Source: Minisyncoccota bacterium (GTDB lineage: Bacteria > Patescibacteriota > Minisyncoccia > Minisyncoccales > GWA2-38-27). From it: a stretch of DNA of 48,820 nt. Both the position numbers and the translations under genes were made by a program. Positions 1 to 7,996 of the stretch are shown here, piece after piece. Position 1 is the first letter of the stretch; every line of letters starts with the position of its first letter. The stretch is from assembly GCA_028687715.1 (NCBI GenBank), contig JAQTZP010000003.1:73521-122340 (forward strand), written 5' to 3'. Under the pieces are notes generated by a model, which had not been told where the DNA came from, searched no databases, and saw nothing but the letters and a program-made list of their open reading frames with translations.

Positions 1-401
1 TCTGTAATTTTCAAAGACTTGGGCTGACTTTTTTCTTTAATCTGATTTAAAGATTTGCCTTTTAATTTCTTGCCGACTCCGAAATCTCTTCCAAAACCAA
101 AGCTGAATACCTGGAAGCCGCCGGAATCGGTCATAATCGGCATATTGCAATTCATAAACTTATGAATTCCTCCTGATTTTTTAATAATCTCTTCAGTGGG
201 TCTTAGATGAAGATGAAAGGTATTGGCAATTAAAATCTGAGTTTTAGCCTCTTTTACCTCCTTGTTTGTCAAGGTCTTTACAACTCCCTGGGTAGCCACC
301 GGAACTAAACATGGGGTCTCAACTCCCCCATGTTTTGTTTTCAAAGCTCCTAATCTAGCTTTGCTTTTTTTTGATTCTTTTAAAACCTTAAATTCAATCA
401 T
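1..401 (-). CDS. tgt: queuine tRNA-ribosyltransferase, N-terminal part (gene runs off the left edge)
   Basis: Own translation of the minus strand from ATG at 401-399 gives MIEFKVLKESKKSKARLGALKTKHGGVETPCLVPVATQGVVKTL..ILIANTFHLHLRP..IMTDSGGFQVFS. These match conserved Tgt N-terminal motifs (ETP.(F/L).PV.T, NT(F/Y)HL, TDSGGFQ). The ORF is absent from the track because it is truncated. Its start overlaps the upstream gene's stop by 8 nt. Confidence 0.85.
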   Translation of the reverse strand, partial: MIEFKVLKESKKSKARLGALKTKHGGVETPCLVPVATQGVVKTLTNKEVKEAKTQILIANTFHLHLRPTEEIIKKSGGIHKFMNCNMPIMTDSGGFQVFSFGFGRDFGVGKKLKGKSLNQIKEKSQPKSLKIT

Positions 402-1050
402 TTAGAAATCCCTTAATCTTTTTAAAAATGATATAGGAATAAACTATGGGAGTAAAGGCGCCCAATAATGCTGAAACAATAAAAATCCAAAAAGAATAAA
501 GCGGCATCAGAACAGAAATTAAAGCAACTACTCCCACTACGATAAAAACCTTTCCCCCGAATCTATGAGTTTTATCCCAAACCTCTTCTGAATGAATTGT
601 CCAAGGAGTCCTGATTCCTACAAAATAGTTTCTTTTTATCTTTGGCAGAAACAGCCCTATTATTATAAAGAATAAAGAGAGGGCTGGTAGAATAAAGTAA
701 TTTATATTCAACTCTGTGTTAAAAGCCGCCCAAAAGGTATAAAGATAAAGGCCTGTTAAAAATACCACAAAAGAGGTTCTGAATATAAAGTAGGGGCCTC
801 TAAACTGATAATAGTTTTCTCTTAAAGGGTCTATTAAAGGAAGAAATGTCATTAGAAGATAGATAAAAAGCGTTAAACAGGGAAAGAAAAAAACAGCAAA
901 GTTTTTATCCACCCAGCTATCAACCTCTCCGTAGATATTCCAATGACTCGGCAGTCTCTCAGGAAGATTCGGGTAGATAAAAAGACCGATAGAAAAAGAA
1001 AAGAGAATTAAAATAATTGGGATAATTTCTTTTTTAGTTATAATTTTCAT
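394..1050 (-). CDS. SdpI/DUF1648-family integral membrane protein
   Basis: 218-aa ORF. The N-terminus LPERLPSHWNIYGEVDSW is DUF1648-like. NYFVGIRTPWTIHSEEVWDKTHRFGG is typical of SdpI/YhfL-type proteins. Several TM helices are present. Confidence 0.7.
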   Translation of the reverse strand: MKIITKKEIIPIILILFSFSIGLFIYPNLPERLPSHWNIYGEVDSWVDKNFAVFFFPCLTLFIYLLMTFLPLIDPLRENYYQFRGPYFIFRTSFVVFLTGLYLYTFWAAFNTELNINYFILPALSLFFIIIGLFLPKIKRNYFVGIRTPWTIHSEEVWDKTHRFGGKVFIVVGVVALISVLMPLYSFWIFIVSALLGAFTPIVYSYIIFKKIKGFLND

Positions 1051-1056
1051 AATTAT

Positions 1057-1653
1057 TTATTTTTTAATAGACGCAATCTTCATTACGTCATATATGTAAT
1101 AAATTCCTGAAACAGCTCCTATTATTCCAGTAAGAATAGAGAGAGATATTGAGAAGTTAAAAAAGCTGTATGAAGTACTGAGCATTATAGCCGGGAAAGA
1201 AACTCCTTGAAGAGAAGTGGTAAGCTTCCCTATAAATCTTACTTCAGGAACTCCTGTTTTCATAAATAAAGCAATTAATACCATCGGAAAGCTTATTATC
1301 TCTCTTGAAAGGATGAAAAATACCTCAAAGATATTGTTTCTTGATAGAATTCCAGAAGCAGTGAACTTTATCAAGAATGAGAAAGCGGTTCCAATCAATA
1401 AAATCCTGTCAGCTATCATATCAAACTGCCTGCCAAACTCAGTCTTTATCTTGAATTTTCTGGCTGCTATCCCGTCAAAGAAATCAGTAAGCATTCCTAT
1501 TATAAATAATAAAACGATATAAATGATGTTAAAACCAGAAAAAATAAGGTAAGAGATAACAAAAGTGATTATTACTCTTGAAAAGGTTAAAATATTAGCT
1601 AAGTTCAAGATATTTGTTTTCTTCATCTCATCAATCATATTATTTTTATTCAT
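1057..1653 (-). CDS. CDP-alcohol phosphatidyltransferase family protein (PgsA-like)
   Basis: Carries the signature D-x2-DG-x2-AR-x8-G-x3-D-x3-D as DFFDGIAARKFKIKTEFGRQFDMIADR, plus multiple TM helices. I chose the internal ATG (MNKNNMIDEM, 1653) because the longer ORF to 1740 would overlap the upstream gene by ~95 nt. With 1653 the overlap with the upstream stop is 8 nt. Confidence 0.8.
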   Translation of the reverse strand: MNKNNMIDEMKKTNILNLANILTFSRVIITFVISYLIFSGFNIIYIVLLFIIGMLTDFFDGIAARKFKIKTEFGRQFDMIADRILLIGTAFSFLIKFTASGILSRNNIFEVFFILSREIISFPMVLIALFMKTGVPEVRFIGKLTTSLQGVSFPAIMLSTSYSFFNFSISLSILTGIIGAVSGIYYIYDVMKIASIKK

Positions 1654-2650
1654 AGCTTTTTTTAATAAGCCAATACATAACCCCAATAAACCCAAGCCAT
1701 AATAAGACCCAGAGATACCAGGTTTTAACAAGCCAGACAAAGAAGGATTGTTTGGACTCAGAAGGCTCTAAGGTCAGCTTTAAGGCATCAGAGCTTTTAA
1801 AGTCTTCTATCCTTATATCAGATAATATCTCTTTATCTGTTTTGGATTTAATGTCTTTTGAGGCTTCTATATCAAGTGTTATTCTCTTTTCTGAATTAGA
1901 AGATACATACCCTATATTTATCTCTTGAGAGATATCCTGTTCTATTTGATTATCTGCTATCTTTATAATCCCCTTGTATCCAATCTCTTTGGGAAGCTCT
2001 AGTTTAAGGTAGACATTGTCTATATCTTCTGACTTATTGTTTAAAACTATTATTAGTATCTCTGCTTTTTCACCTGATTTTAAGCTTAGAGATTCCTGCC
2101 ATTGAGAGAGATCTGATTCTTTCTTTGCGAATATGGATACAGATACGTCTATTTCCCTGCAGTCTTGAGGGCAGGTTGTTTCATCTTCATCGCAGTTGCA
2201 GATATTATCAGGGCAGTGCTGCTCGTTATTGCAGTAGTCTGTGGAGGAGCCGTCATCGGGGGGAAGCTCAGGCTGAGACGGAGGCTGAGGCTGAGGAGGC
2301 TGGGGCTGAGGATTGCAGGTCTCATCGTCTATACAGCTGTAAAGGCATTCACCGCCCGAACAATACCAGCTTGGTCTCTGGGTATTTGAGCAATTTTCAT
2401 AACCGCAGGAATTATCTATCAAGCAGGATATAGGTTCAGACCACTCAAAACAAGGGTCATCATCATAGTTTTCCCCGCAAATCTGCTTCTGGGTGCTTGA
2501 AGCGCATCTTTTCTGGCCGATAAAAGAGCATTCATCATAGCAGAGAGCAGAAACATCTATCATAAGGAAAAAGCTTAGAATAAAGATAAAGATGAGATTT
2601 AAGGCTAAAAACCCTTTGTTAATTTCTAACATTTTAGAACCTATAATCAT
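1646..2650 (-). CDS. cysteine-rich repeat surface protein, paralog 4 (1 module, Pro/Gln linker, C-terminal TM anchor)
   Basis: 334 aa with an N-terminal hydrophobic signal/anchor. It has one Cys-rich module (CYDECSFIGQKRC..QICGENYDDDPCFEWSEPISC..NSCGYENCSNTQRPSWYCSGGECLYSCIDDETC) followed by a PQPQPPQPQPPSQPELPP linker. The C-terminal ~195 aa are essentially identical to those of 6120-7868. Confidence 0.85.
   Translation of the reverse strand: MIIGSKMLEINKGFLALNLIFIFILSFFLMIDVSALCYDECSFIGQKRCASSTQKQICGENYDDDPCFEWSEPISCLIDNSCGYENCSNTQRPSWYCSGGECLYSCIDDETCNPQPQPPQPQPPSQPELPPDDGSSTDYCNNEQHCPDNICNCDEDETTCPQDCREIDVSVSIFAKKESDLSQWQESLSLKSGEKAEILIIVLNNKSEDIDNVYLKLELPKEIGYKGIIKIADNQIEQDISQEINIGYVSSNSEKRITLDIEASKDIKSKTDKEILSDIRIEDFKSSDALKLTLEPSESKQSFFVWLVKTWYLWVLLWLGFIGVMYWLIKKSYE
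1670..2265 (-). repeat. 596-bp near-identical dispersed repeat, copy 1 (3' coding end of paralog 4)
   Basis: Direct comparison with 6144-6739 at a constant offset of 4474 nt. I saw one mismatch (a/g near 1685/6159). Identity stops abruptly at 2265/6739. Confidence 0.9.
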
Positions 2651-2655
2651 TAAAG

Positions 2656-5358
2656 TTATTCAGATTTTTTAAATAATTGATAAAATAGAAAGGCTAAAAC
2701 TAATAATATCAGTATCAAAAGATAATACCATTTCTTTATAAATCCCCAAACGCCTTCATCTTTTTTCATCTCTTCAATAGCAACGTTCATAGAATCAGAA
2801 CTTAAAAAGTCAGCTACCCTAGCGCTGCCGATAAGCTCTATCTTGGTGTTTAAAACAGCATTTGGAGAAACCTCTCCTTTGAAAGTAATTCTCTTTTCTG
2901 AGTTGGCCGACAAAAACCCTATATTTATCCCCTCTGTAATATCGCCCTCTATCTGGCTGTCTCCAATCTTTAACTCTCCTTTATAAATTATTTCCTTGGG
3001 AATATCTGCTTTTACAATGACGTTATCAAAATCTTCAGTAGTATTATTTAAAACAGACAATAAAATATCTACTTTCTCTCTCAGCCCCAGACCAATATCT
3101 TTTTTCCATTCCAAGGGATCCTGTTCTCTTTTTCCGTAAAGAAGGATATTTAGACTTAAAGAGCCGCAGTCATTGGGACAGCTGTTGTTATTCTCTCCGC
3201 AATTGCACATGCCGTCCCCGCAATGGTTTTGTTTCTGACAATAATCAGAAGAATCTCCTCCTTTCTTTGCGACACAGCTTGAATCGCTGACGCAGTTATA
3301 ACTGCAGGTTCCGTTAAAACAATACCAGCTCGGTCTTTGGCTGTCAGGACAAACTCCGTATCCGCAGGAAATATCTCCTGTGCAAGCCTGATTTGCGCCC
3401 CATTCCAAGCAGGAATCCGTATCGTAATTTCCGCAGGTCTGTTTATTATTGCCTGAACAGCGGGTTTGTCCGCTTGGAGAGCATTCGCTGACGCAGGAAG
3501 AAGGAGGGAAGGCGCAGGTTGAATCCTCGACACAATTATACAGACAGCTCCCTCCTAAGCAGTACCAGCTGGGCTTCTGGGAGTCTGAACAATTCCCGTA
3601 TCCGCAGGAAGTATCGCCGACACAGGAAATAGTATTGCCCCATTCCAGACAGGAATCAGCGTCATAATTGCCGCAGGTCTGCTTATTTGAACCCAAACAT
3701 CTTAGAATCCCTGATTGAGAACATTCATTAACGCATAAGGTACCGCAGGTTGAATCACTTACGCATCTGTAATAGCAGGCTCCTGAAGAACAATACCATT
3801 GAGGTTTTTGGCTGTCAGAGCATGTTCCGTAGCCGCAGTAAGTATCTCCTGCGCATAAATCAGGCAAAGACCACTCAAGACAGGTATCTGAATCATAGTT
3901 TCCGCAAACTTGCCTGTGGCCGTCATCAGAACATCTAGTTTGGCCAGAAGAGCATTCTGAAGAACAGCTTTCATTACAGGTTGAATCATCAACGCAGGTA
4001 TAAGCGCAGCTGCTGCCCGAACAATACCAGCTTGGCCTTTGGCTGTCATTACAAGTTCCGTATCCGCAGGAAGTATCGCCGGTACAGGCTGTTGTATTGC
4101 CCCATTCCAGACAGGAATCAGCGTCATAATTGCCGCAGGTCTGTCTATTATTTCCGGAACACCTGGTAGCGCCTATTGTAGAACATTCATTTTCGCATGA
4201 AGGAGCACAAGTTGTATCATAATAACAGCTGTATAAACAAGTGCCTGAATCGCAAAGCCATCTTGGTCTTAATCCGGTAAAACAATCTGGTCCGCAGCCG
4301 CATCTTCCATAACCGCAGGAAGTATCACCAGTACAAAGTATGGGAGCTGACCACTCCAGGCATTCATCGCTGTCATAATTGCCGCAGGTCTGCTTATGAG
4401 TTTCGTCAGAGCATCTAATCTCAGTGGCAACGCATTCATTCTGGCAGGTTATAACGCAGCTCGGGTCATTAGTGCAATTATACGTACAGCTTTTTCCAGA
4501 ACAATACCATATCGGCTTTTCACTATCAGTGCAGGTTCCGTACCCGCAGGAAGCATTGCCGGTGCAAGTTATAGGGTCTCCCCACTCAAGTTCAGGATCA
4601 GAATCATAGTTCCCGCAGATTTGATATTTTGTATTATCAAAACACTTAGTATCGTTTAAAATAGAGCATTCTCCCTCTGAAGGAGTACTGCATAAAGCAT
4701 CGTAACTGCAGTCATAATAACACTCTGCCACATCTCCCATTTGAGAACAGCGCCAGGTAGGCTTTTCTAAATCAGAACAAGTTCCGTACCCGCAGGATGT
4801 ATCAGTCCCGCAGGGCTGAGATGGAGACCATTCCCAGCAGTCGTCATCATCATAGTTTCCGCAAGTCTGCTTATTGTAGCCGTCAACGCACCTTATTCCT
4901 CCGACAAAAACGCAATCATCTATGCATACGCCGTCATCTGGAGGGCTTGGACTGGAAGTCACTAAAACATTTAAAGAGATAATTTGAGAATATTCTTCCA
5001 GCCAGCCGTTAAAATACTTGCCTACAACTTGAGCTTGATAGGTATAAAAGCCGGGAGCGCTTTCAGTTATTACCCACTGCCTTTCTGTTTCAGCGCCGGA
5101 TACATTAACCCAGTGCCAGCTGCCCTGATAAGATTGTCCTATTCTATTTAACCCGTTGCAGTCTTTTCCTCTTATGGTGATTGTTATCGGTTCTCCAACC
5201 GCAACTGTTTGAGTGGGCGGAGAAACTGACCCGTAAATCTCAACAGCGTATTCTAAATTTGGAGAAGGAGGCGTACAAAGATATTCAGCAGAACAAAAAC
5301 TATCTGCGTAAAACAAAAGGATTAATAATGATAAGAATATAAGATTAGATTTTTTCAT
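2656..5358 (-). CDS. cysteine-rich repeat surface protein, paralog 3 (7 modules)
   Basis: 900 aa. Order of parts: signal peptide, ~100-aa beta-rich N-domain (VGEPITITIRGKDCNGLNRIGQSYQGSWHWVNVSG..PGFYTYQA), seven ~75-aa Cys-rich modules, a CGDGMCNCGENNNSCPNDC knot, a ~110-aa beta domain, then a C-terminal TM helix with tail KKSE. Confidence 0.9.
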   Translation of the reverse strand: MKKSNLIFLSLLILLFYADSFCSAEYLCTPPSPNLEYAVEIYGSVSPPTQTVAVGEPITITIRGKDCNGLNRIGQSYQGSWHWVNVSGAETERQWVITESAPGFYTYQAQVVGKYFNGWLEEYSQIISLNVLVTSSPSPPDDGVCIDDCVFVGGIRCVDGYNKQTCGNYDDDDCWEWSPSQPCGTDTSCGYGTCSDLEKPTWRCSQMGDVAECYYDCSYDALCSTPSEGECSILNDTKCFDNTKYQICGNYDSDPELEWGDPITCTGNASCGYGTCTDSEKPIWYCSGKSCTYNCTNDPSCVITCQNECVATEIRCSDETHKQTCGNYDSDECLEWSAPILCTGDTSCGYGRCGCGPDCFTGLRPRWLCDSGTCLYSCYYDTTCAPSCENECSTIGATRCSGNNRQTCGNYDADSCLEWGNTTACTGDTSCGYGTCNDSQRPSWYCSGSSCAYTCVDDSTCNESCSSECSSGQTRCSDDGHRQVCGNYDSDTCLEWSLPDLCAGDTYCGYGTCSDSQKPQWYCSSGACYYRCVSDSTCGTLCVNECSQSGILRCLGSNKQTCGNYDADSCLEWGNTISCVGDTSCGYGNCSDSQKPSWYCLGGSCLYNCVEDSTCAFPPSSCVSECSPSGQTRCSGNNKQTCGNYDTDSCLEWGANQACTGDISCGYGVCPDSQRPSWYCFNGTCSYNCVSDSSCVAKKGGDSSDYCQKQNHCGDGMCNCGENNNSCPNDCGSLSLNILLYGKREQDPLEWKKDIGLGLREKVDILLSVLNNTTEDFDNVIVKADIPKEIIYKGELKIGDSQIEGDITEGINIGFLSANSEKRITFKGEVSPNAVLNTKIELIGSARVADFLSSDSMNVAIEEMKKDEGVWGFIKKWYYLLILILLVLAFLFYQLFKKSE
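3260..4925 (-). repeat. in-frame tandem coding repeats, period ~230-250 nt (seven Cys-rich modules)
   Basis: The landmark ccgcag(g/a)tctg (encoding Q(T/I)CGNY on the minus strand) recurs near 3433, 3671, 3900, 4131, 4381, 4610 and 4858. The protein repeats are clearly visible in the translation. Confidence 0.8.
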
Positions 5359-6115
5359 ATTTTTTAAAGAAAAAATAAATAATAAATATAGTTAATGAAA
5401 ATAGAATAAAATACCAGTAATTAGTCAAGAAGCTAAATATATCTATTTTTTCTTTGCAGTCTGAAGGACAGGTGTTTTTATCTTCATTAGAATCGCAGAT
5501 ATTATTACCGCATTTAGAATAAAGAGATTCTGATGATTTATTCTGATTCTCACAGCTTGAATCATTGATGCAGTGGTATTTACATTCTCCTTCAGCGCAG
5601 TACCAGTTTGGTTTCTGATTATCCCTGCAGTCTCCGTAACCGCAGGAAGTATCACCGGTGCATAATTCATCATCGCTCCATTTTATACAAGGGCTGTCAT
5701 CTTTTAACTCGCAGACCTGCTTATTTCTATTGTCAGAACAGCGGGCCTCTCCAATATTAAAACATTGATCTCTGCAGACATCAACGCTTAGGCATCTTTC
5801 TACATAATCTGAACCGTTGTTAATATGAGCGCAGTACCTGTAAACAGCTGGAAGACTTTCTGTAAATGTCCAGCTCTTTTGAGCGTAGAGGTCAGAAACA
5901 TTATCCCAGTGCCAGACTCCTTGATAGTAAGCACCGATTTTTATCAAAGGTTTTGAACAATCAGGGCAATAGCCTCTGACATTTATTGTTATCGGCATGC
6001 CTATCTTAACCTCCAAAGGAACCACTTCAAAACTCATTGACATCTTAGCAGAACAGATATCTGATATAAAGAATAAAGATATTATTAAAAATAGAATTAA
6101 ATTATTAAGCTTCAT
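5345..6115 (-). CDS. cysteine-rich repeat surface protein, paralog 2 (1 module)
   Basis: 256 aa with a signal peptide and the same N-domain (GMPITINVRGYC..IKIGAYYQGVWHWDNVS..PAVYRYCA). It has one module (CRDQCFNIGEARCSDNRNKQVCELKDDSPCIKWSDDELCTGDTSCGYGDCRDNQKPNWYCAEGECKYHCINDSSC), a CGNNICDSNEDKNTCPSDC knot and a C-terminal TM helix. Its stop overlaps the start of 2656-5358 by 14 nt. Confidence 0.85.
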   Translation of the reverse strand: MKLNNLILFLIISLFFISDICSAKMSMSFEVVPLEVKIGMPITINVRGYCPDCSKPLIKIGAYYQGVWHWDNVSDLYAQKSWTFTESLPAVYRYCAHINNGSDYVERCLSVDVCRDQCFNIGEARCSDNRNKQVCELKDDSPCIKWSDDELCTGDTSCGYGDCRDNQKPNWYCAEGECKYHCINDSSCENQNKSSESLYSKCGNNICDSNEDKNTCPSDCKEKIDIFSFLTNYWYFILFSLTIFIIYFFFKKYEKI

Positions 6116-6119
6116 AATT

Positions 6120-7868
6120 CTATTCTTTGCTTCTTCTTAACATCCAATACATAACCCCGATAAACCCAAGCCATAATAAGACCCAGAGATACCAGGTTTT
6201 AACAAGCCAGACAAAGAAGGATTGTTTGGACTCAGAAGGCTCTAAGGTCAGCTTTAAGGCATCAGAGCTTTTAAAGTCTTCTATCCTTATATCAGATAAT
6301 ATCTCTTTATCTGTTTTGGATTTAATGTCTTTTGAGGCTTCTATATCAAGTGTTATTCTCTTTTCTGAATTAGAAGATACATACCCTATATTTATCTCTT
6401 GAGAGATATCCTGTTCTATTTGATTATCTGCTATCTTTATAATCCCCTTGTATCCAATCTCTTTGGGAAGCTCTAGTTTAAGGTAGACATTGTCTATATC
6501 TTCTGACTTATTGTTTAAAACTATTATTAGTATCTCTGCTTTTTCACCTGATTTTAAGCTTAGAGATTCCTGCCATTGAGAGAGATCTGATTCTTTCTTT
6601 GCGAATATGGATACAGATACGTCTATTTCCCTGCAGTCTTGAGGGCAGGTTGTTTCATCTTCATCGCAGTTGCAGATATTATCAGGGCAGTGCTGCTCGT
6701 TATTGCAGTAGTCTGTGGAGGAGCCGTCATCGGGGGGAACGTATCCGCAGGAAACGCTGTTCTGACAGCTGTATTTGCATTCTCCATTAGAGCAATACCA
6801 GCTCGGCTTCTGAACATCGCTGCAGATTCCATAGCCGCAGGAGGTATCACCAGCACATACCTCATCCTGGCCCCATTCCAGACAAGAATCAGCATCATAA
6901 TTGCCGCAGGTCTGAAGCTTTCCCCCGCTGCATCTTGTCAGGCCGCTCACAGAACACTCATTAGCGCATAAAGGGGCGCAGATTGAATCAGCTACGCATT
7001 CATAGACACAGTTTCCCTGAAAACAATACCAACTGGGCTTTTGGCTTTTATCGCAGTCCCCGTAGCCGCAGGAAGTGTCACCAACGCAGCTCTGAAGTTC
7101 AGTCTTCCACTCAAGACAATCATTTTCATTTCTGTCGCAGATTAACCTGTAATTTCGGTCATAACACTTAGTTTCTCCCTCCCTAAAGCACTTATTATTT
7201 GTATCGCAAGCCTGCAAAGGACTTCCCGGGACACAGCTGTAGCTACAGCTGTTATTGGAACAGCGCCATAAAGGGACATAATAAGAAATGCCTCCGCTTG
7301 AAGGACAAGACCAGATAGAGCCGATGCTCCCGCAAATTATAGGATTTGACCATTCAAGACACAAATCGGTGTCATAGTTGCCGCATCTTTGATAATACTT
7401 ATCATCATAGCATCTAACTTGAAAGTAAACTTCAGAACATTCATTGGTGCAGCTTGAACCTAAAACAGTTAAATCCAAGCACCTTTCCTGGGACTGCTCC
7501 TCGGTTCTATCCAGCAAAAAGCCGATTGCCTTAGCGCAGTAGCTGTAAGTTCCTGGAGAATTTTCAATTACGGTCCATGTCCTTGAAGCAATTGTTCCAG
7601 ACACGCTTTCAAAATGCCAGCTGCCCTTGTAAAAAGCTCCTATTTTCGAAAGTCCGTCCTTATCTTTTCCTGTGACTGTGATAACAACAGGCTCTCCGGG
7701 ATTTACAAACTTCTTACTTAAAGAAAATTCAACGTAAGTTTCATCGTTAGCGGCATAACAATATGAGATATAAAAAAAGCTGGCAATTAAAAAACAGCTG
7801 AATAAAAGAATTCTAAAAGTTCTTTTTAAACAAAGAATGTTTTCTCCTGTCAGATATTCTATTTTCAC
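6120..7868 (-). CDS. cysteine-rich repeat surface protein, paralog 1 (3 modules, first degenerate)
   Basis: 582 aa starting at GTG (revcomp of cac at 7866-7868). It has a signal/anchor, the N-domain (GEPVVITVTGKDKDGLSKIGAFYKGSWHFESVSG..PGTYSYCA) and three Cys-rich modules. The C-terminal block is shared with 1646-2650. Confidence 0.85.
   Translation of the reverse strand: MKIEYLTGENILCLKRTFRILLFSCFLIASFFYISYCYAANDETYVEFSLSKKFVNPGEPVVITVTGKDKDGLSKIGAFYKGSWHFESVSGTIASRTWTVIENSPGTYSYCAKAIGFLLDRTEEQSQERCLDLTVLGSSCTNECSEVYFQVRCYDDKYYQRCGNYDTDLCLEWSNPIICGSIGSIWSCPSSGGISYYVPLWRCSNNSCSYSCVPGSPLQACDTNNKCFREGETKCYDRNYRLICDRNENDCLEWKTELQSCVGDTSCGYGDCDKSQKPSWYCFQGNCVYECVADSICAPLCANECSVSGLTRCSGGKLQTCGNYDADSCLEWGQDEVCAGDTSCGYGICSDVQKPSWYCSNGECKYSCQNSVSCGYVPPDDGSSTDYCNNEQHCPDNICNCDEDETTCPQDCREIDVSVSIFAKKESDLSQWQESLSLKSGEKAEILIIVLNNKSEDIDNVYLKLELPKEIGYKGIIKIADNQIEQDISQEINIGYVSSNSEKRITLDIEASKDIKSKTDKEILSDIRIEDFKSSDALKLTLEPSESKQSFFVWLVKTWYLWVLLWLGFIGVMYWMLRRSKE
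6144..6739 (-). repeat. 596-bp near-identical dispersed repeat, copy 2 (3' coding end of paralog 1)
   Basis: Partner of 1670-2265; see that entry. Confidence 0.9.
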
Positions 7869-7943
7869 GTTAAATGATATTAACTTGTTATTATGATTAT
7901 TATAACATTATAAAGATAAATTAGAAGTTAATAAAGATATAAG

Positions 7944-7975
7944 AAAAAATCCCACCTGATTTGGTGAGATTTTTC
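7944..7975 (-). terminator. Rho-independent terminator downstream of the SIMPL gene
   Basis: The minus strand reads aaaaatctcacc-aaatc-aggtgggattttttc: a ~10-bp stem with one mismatch followed by a T-run, about 20 nt after the stop at 7997. Confidence 0.6.
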
Positions 7976-7996
7976 ATACTATAGAATCATCTTTAG

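Noticed and set aside
1654-1740. N-terminal extensions suggested by the longest-ORF track for the phosphatidyltransferase (to 1740), PolX (to 31242), groEL (to 35576), trpS (from 41063) and cdd (from 31918).
   Set aside because: The extensions overlap upstream genes or add non-conserved residues ahead of the canonical N-termini (MAKQIKY for GroEL, MRILSGIQPTG for TrpRS, MKNQEISKIFYEIA for PolX). Downstream ATGs give the expected protein starts, in two cases with an SD-like motif.
3260-4925. Regular ~230-250-nt periodic repeats that might suggest a CRISPR array or satellite.
   Set aside because: The period is far too long for CRISPR and there are no short, conserved direct repeats with unique spacers. 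The repeats are in frame and translate into the Cys-rich protein module. I saw no CRISPR array anywhere in the window.
2125-7171. Many 60-125-aa ORFs overlap the Cys-rich genes on the opposite strand or in other frames: 2125-2433, 2165-2389, 3156-3533, 3449-3667, 3750-3938, 3759-4127, 3981-4169, 4396-4659, 4424-4609, 4797-4982, 5443-5673, 6127-6402, 6599-6790, 6623-6898, 6639-6971 and 6983-7171.
   Set aside because: They sit entirely inside long, motif-rich ORFs and recur only because the underlying coding repeats recur. Their translations are low-complexity (Arg/Ala/Ile-rich) with no motifs, so they are frame shadows of a repetitive, relatively GC-richer coding region.
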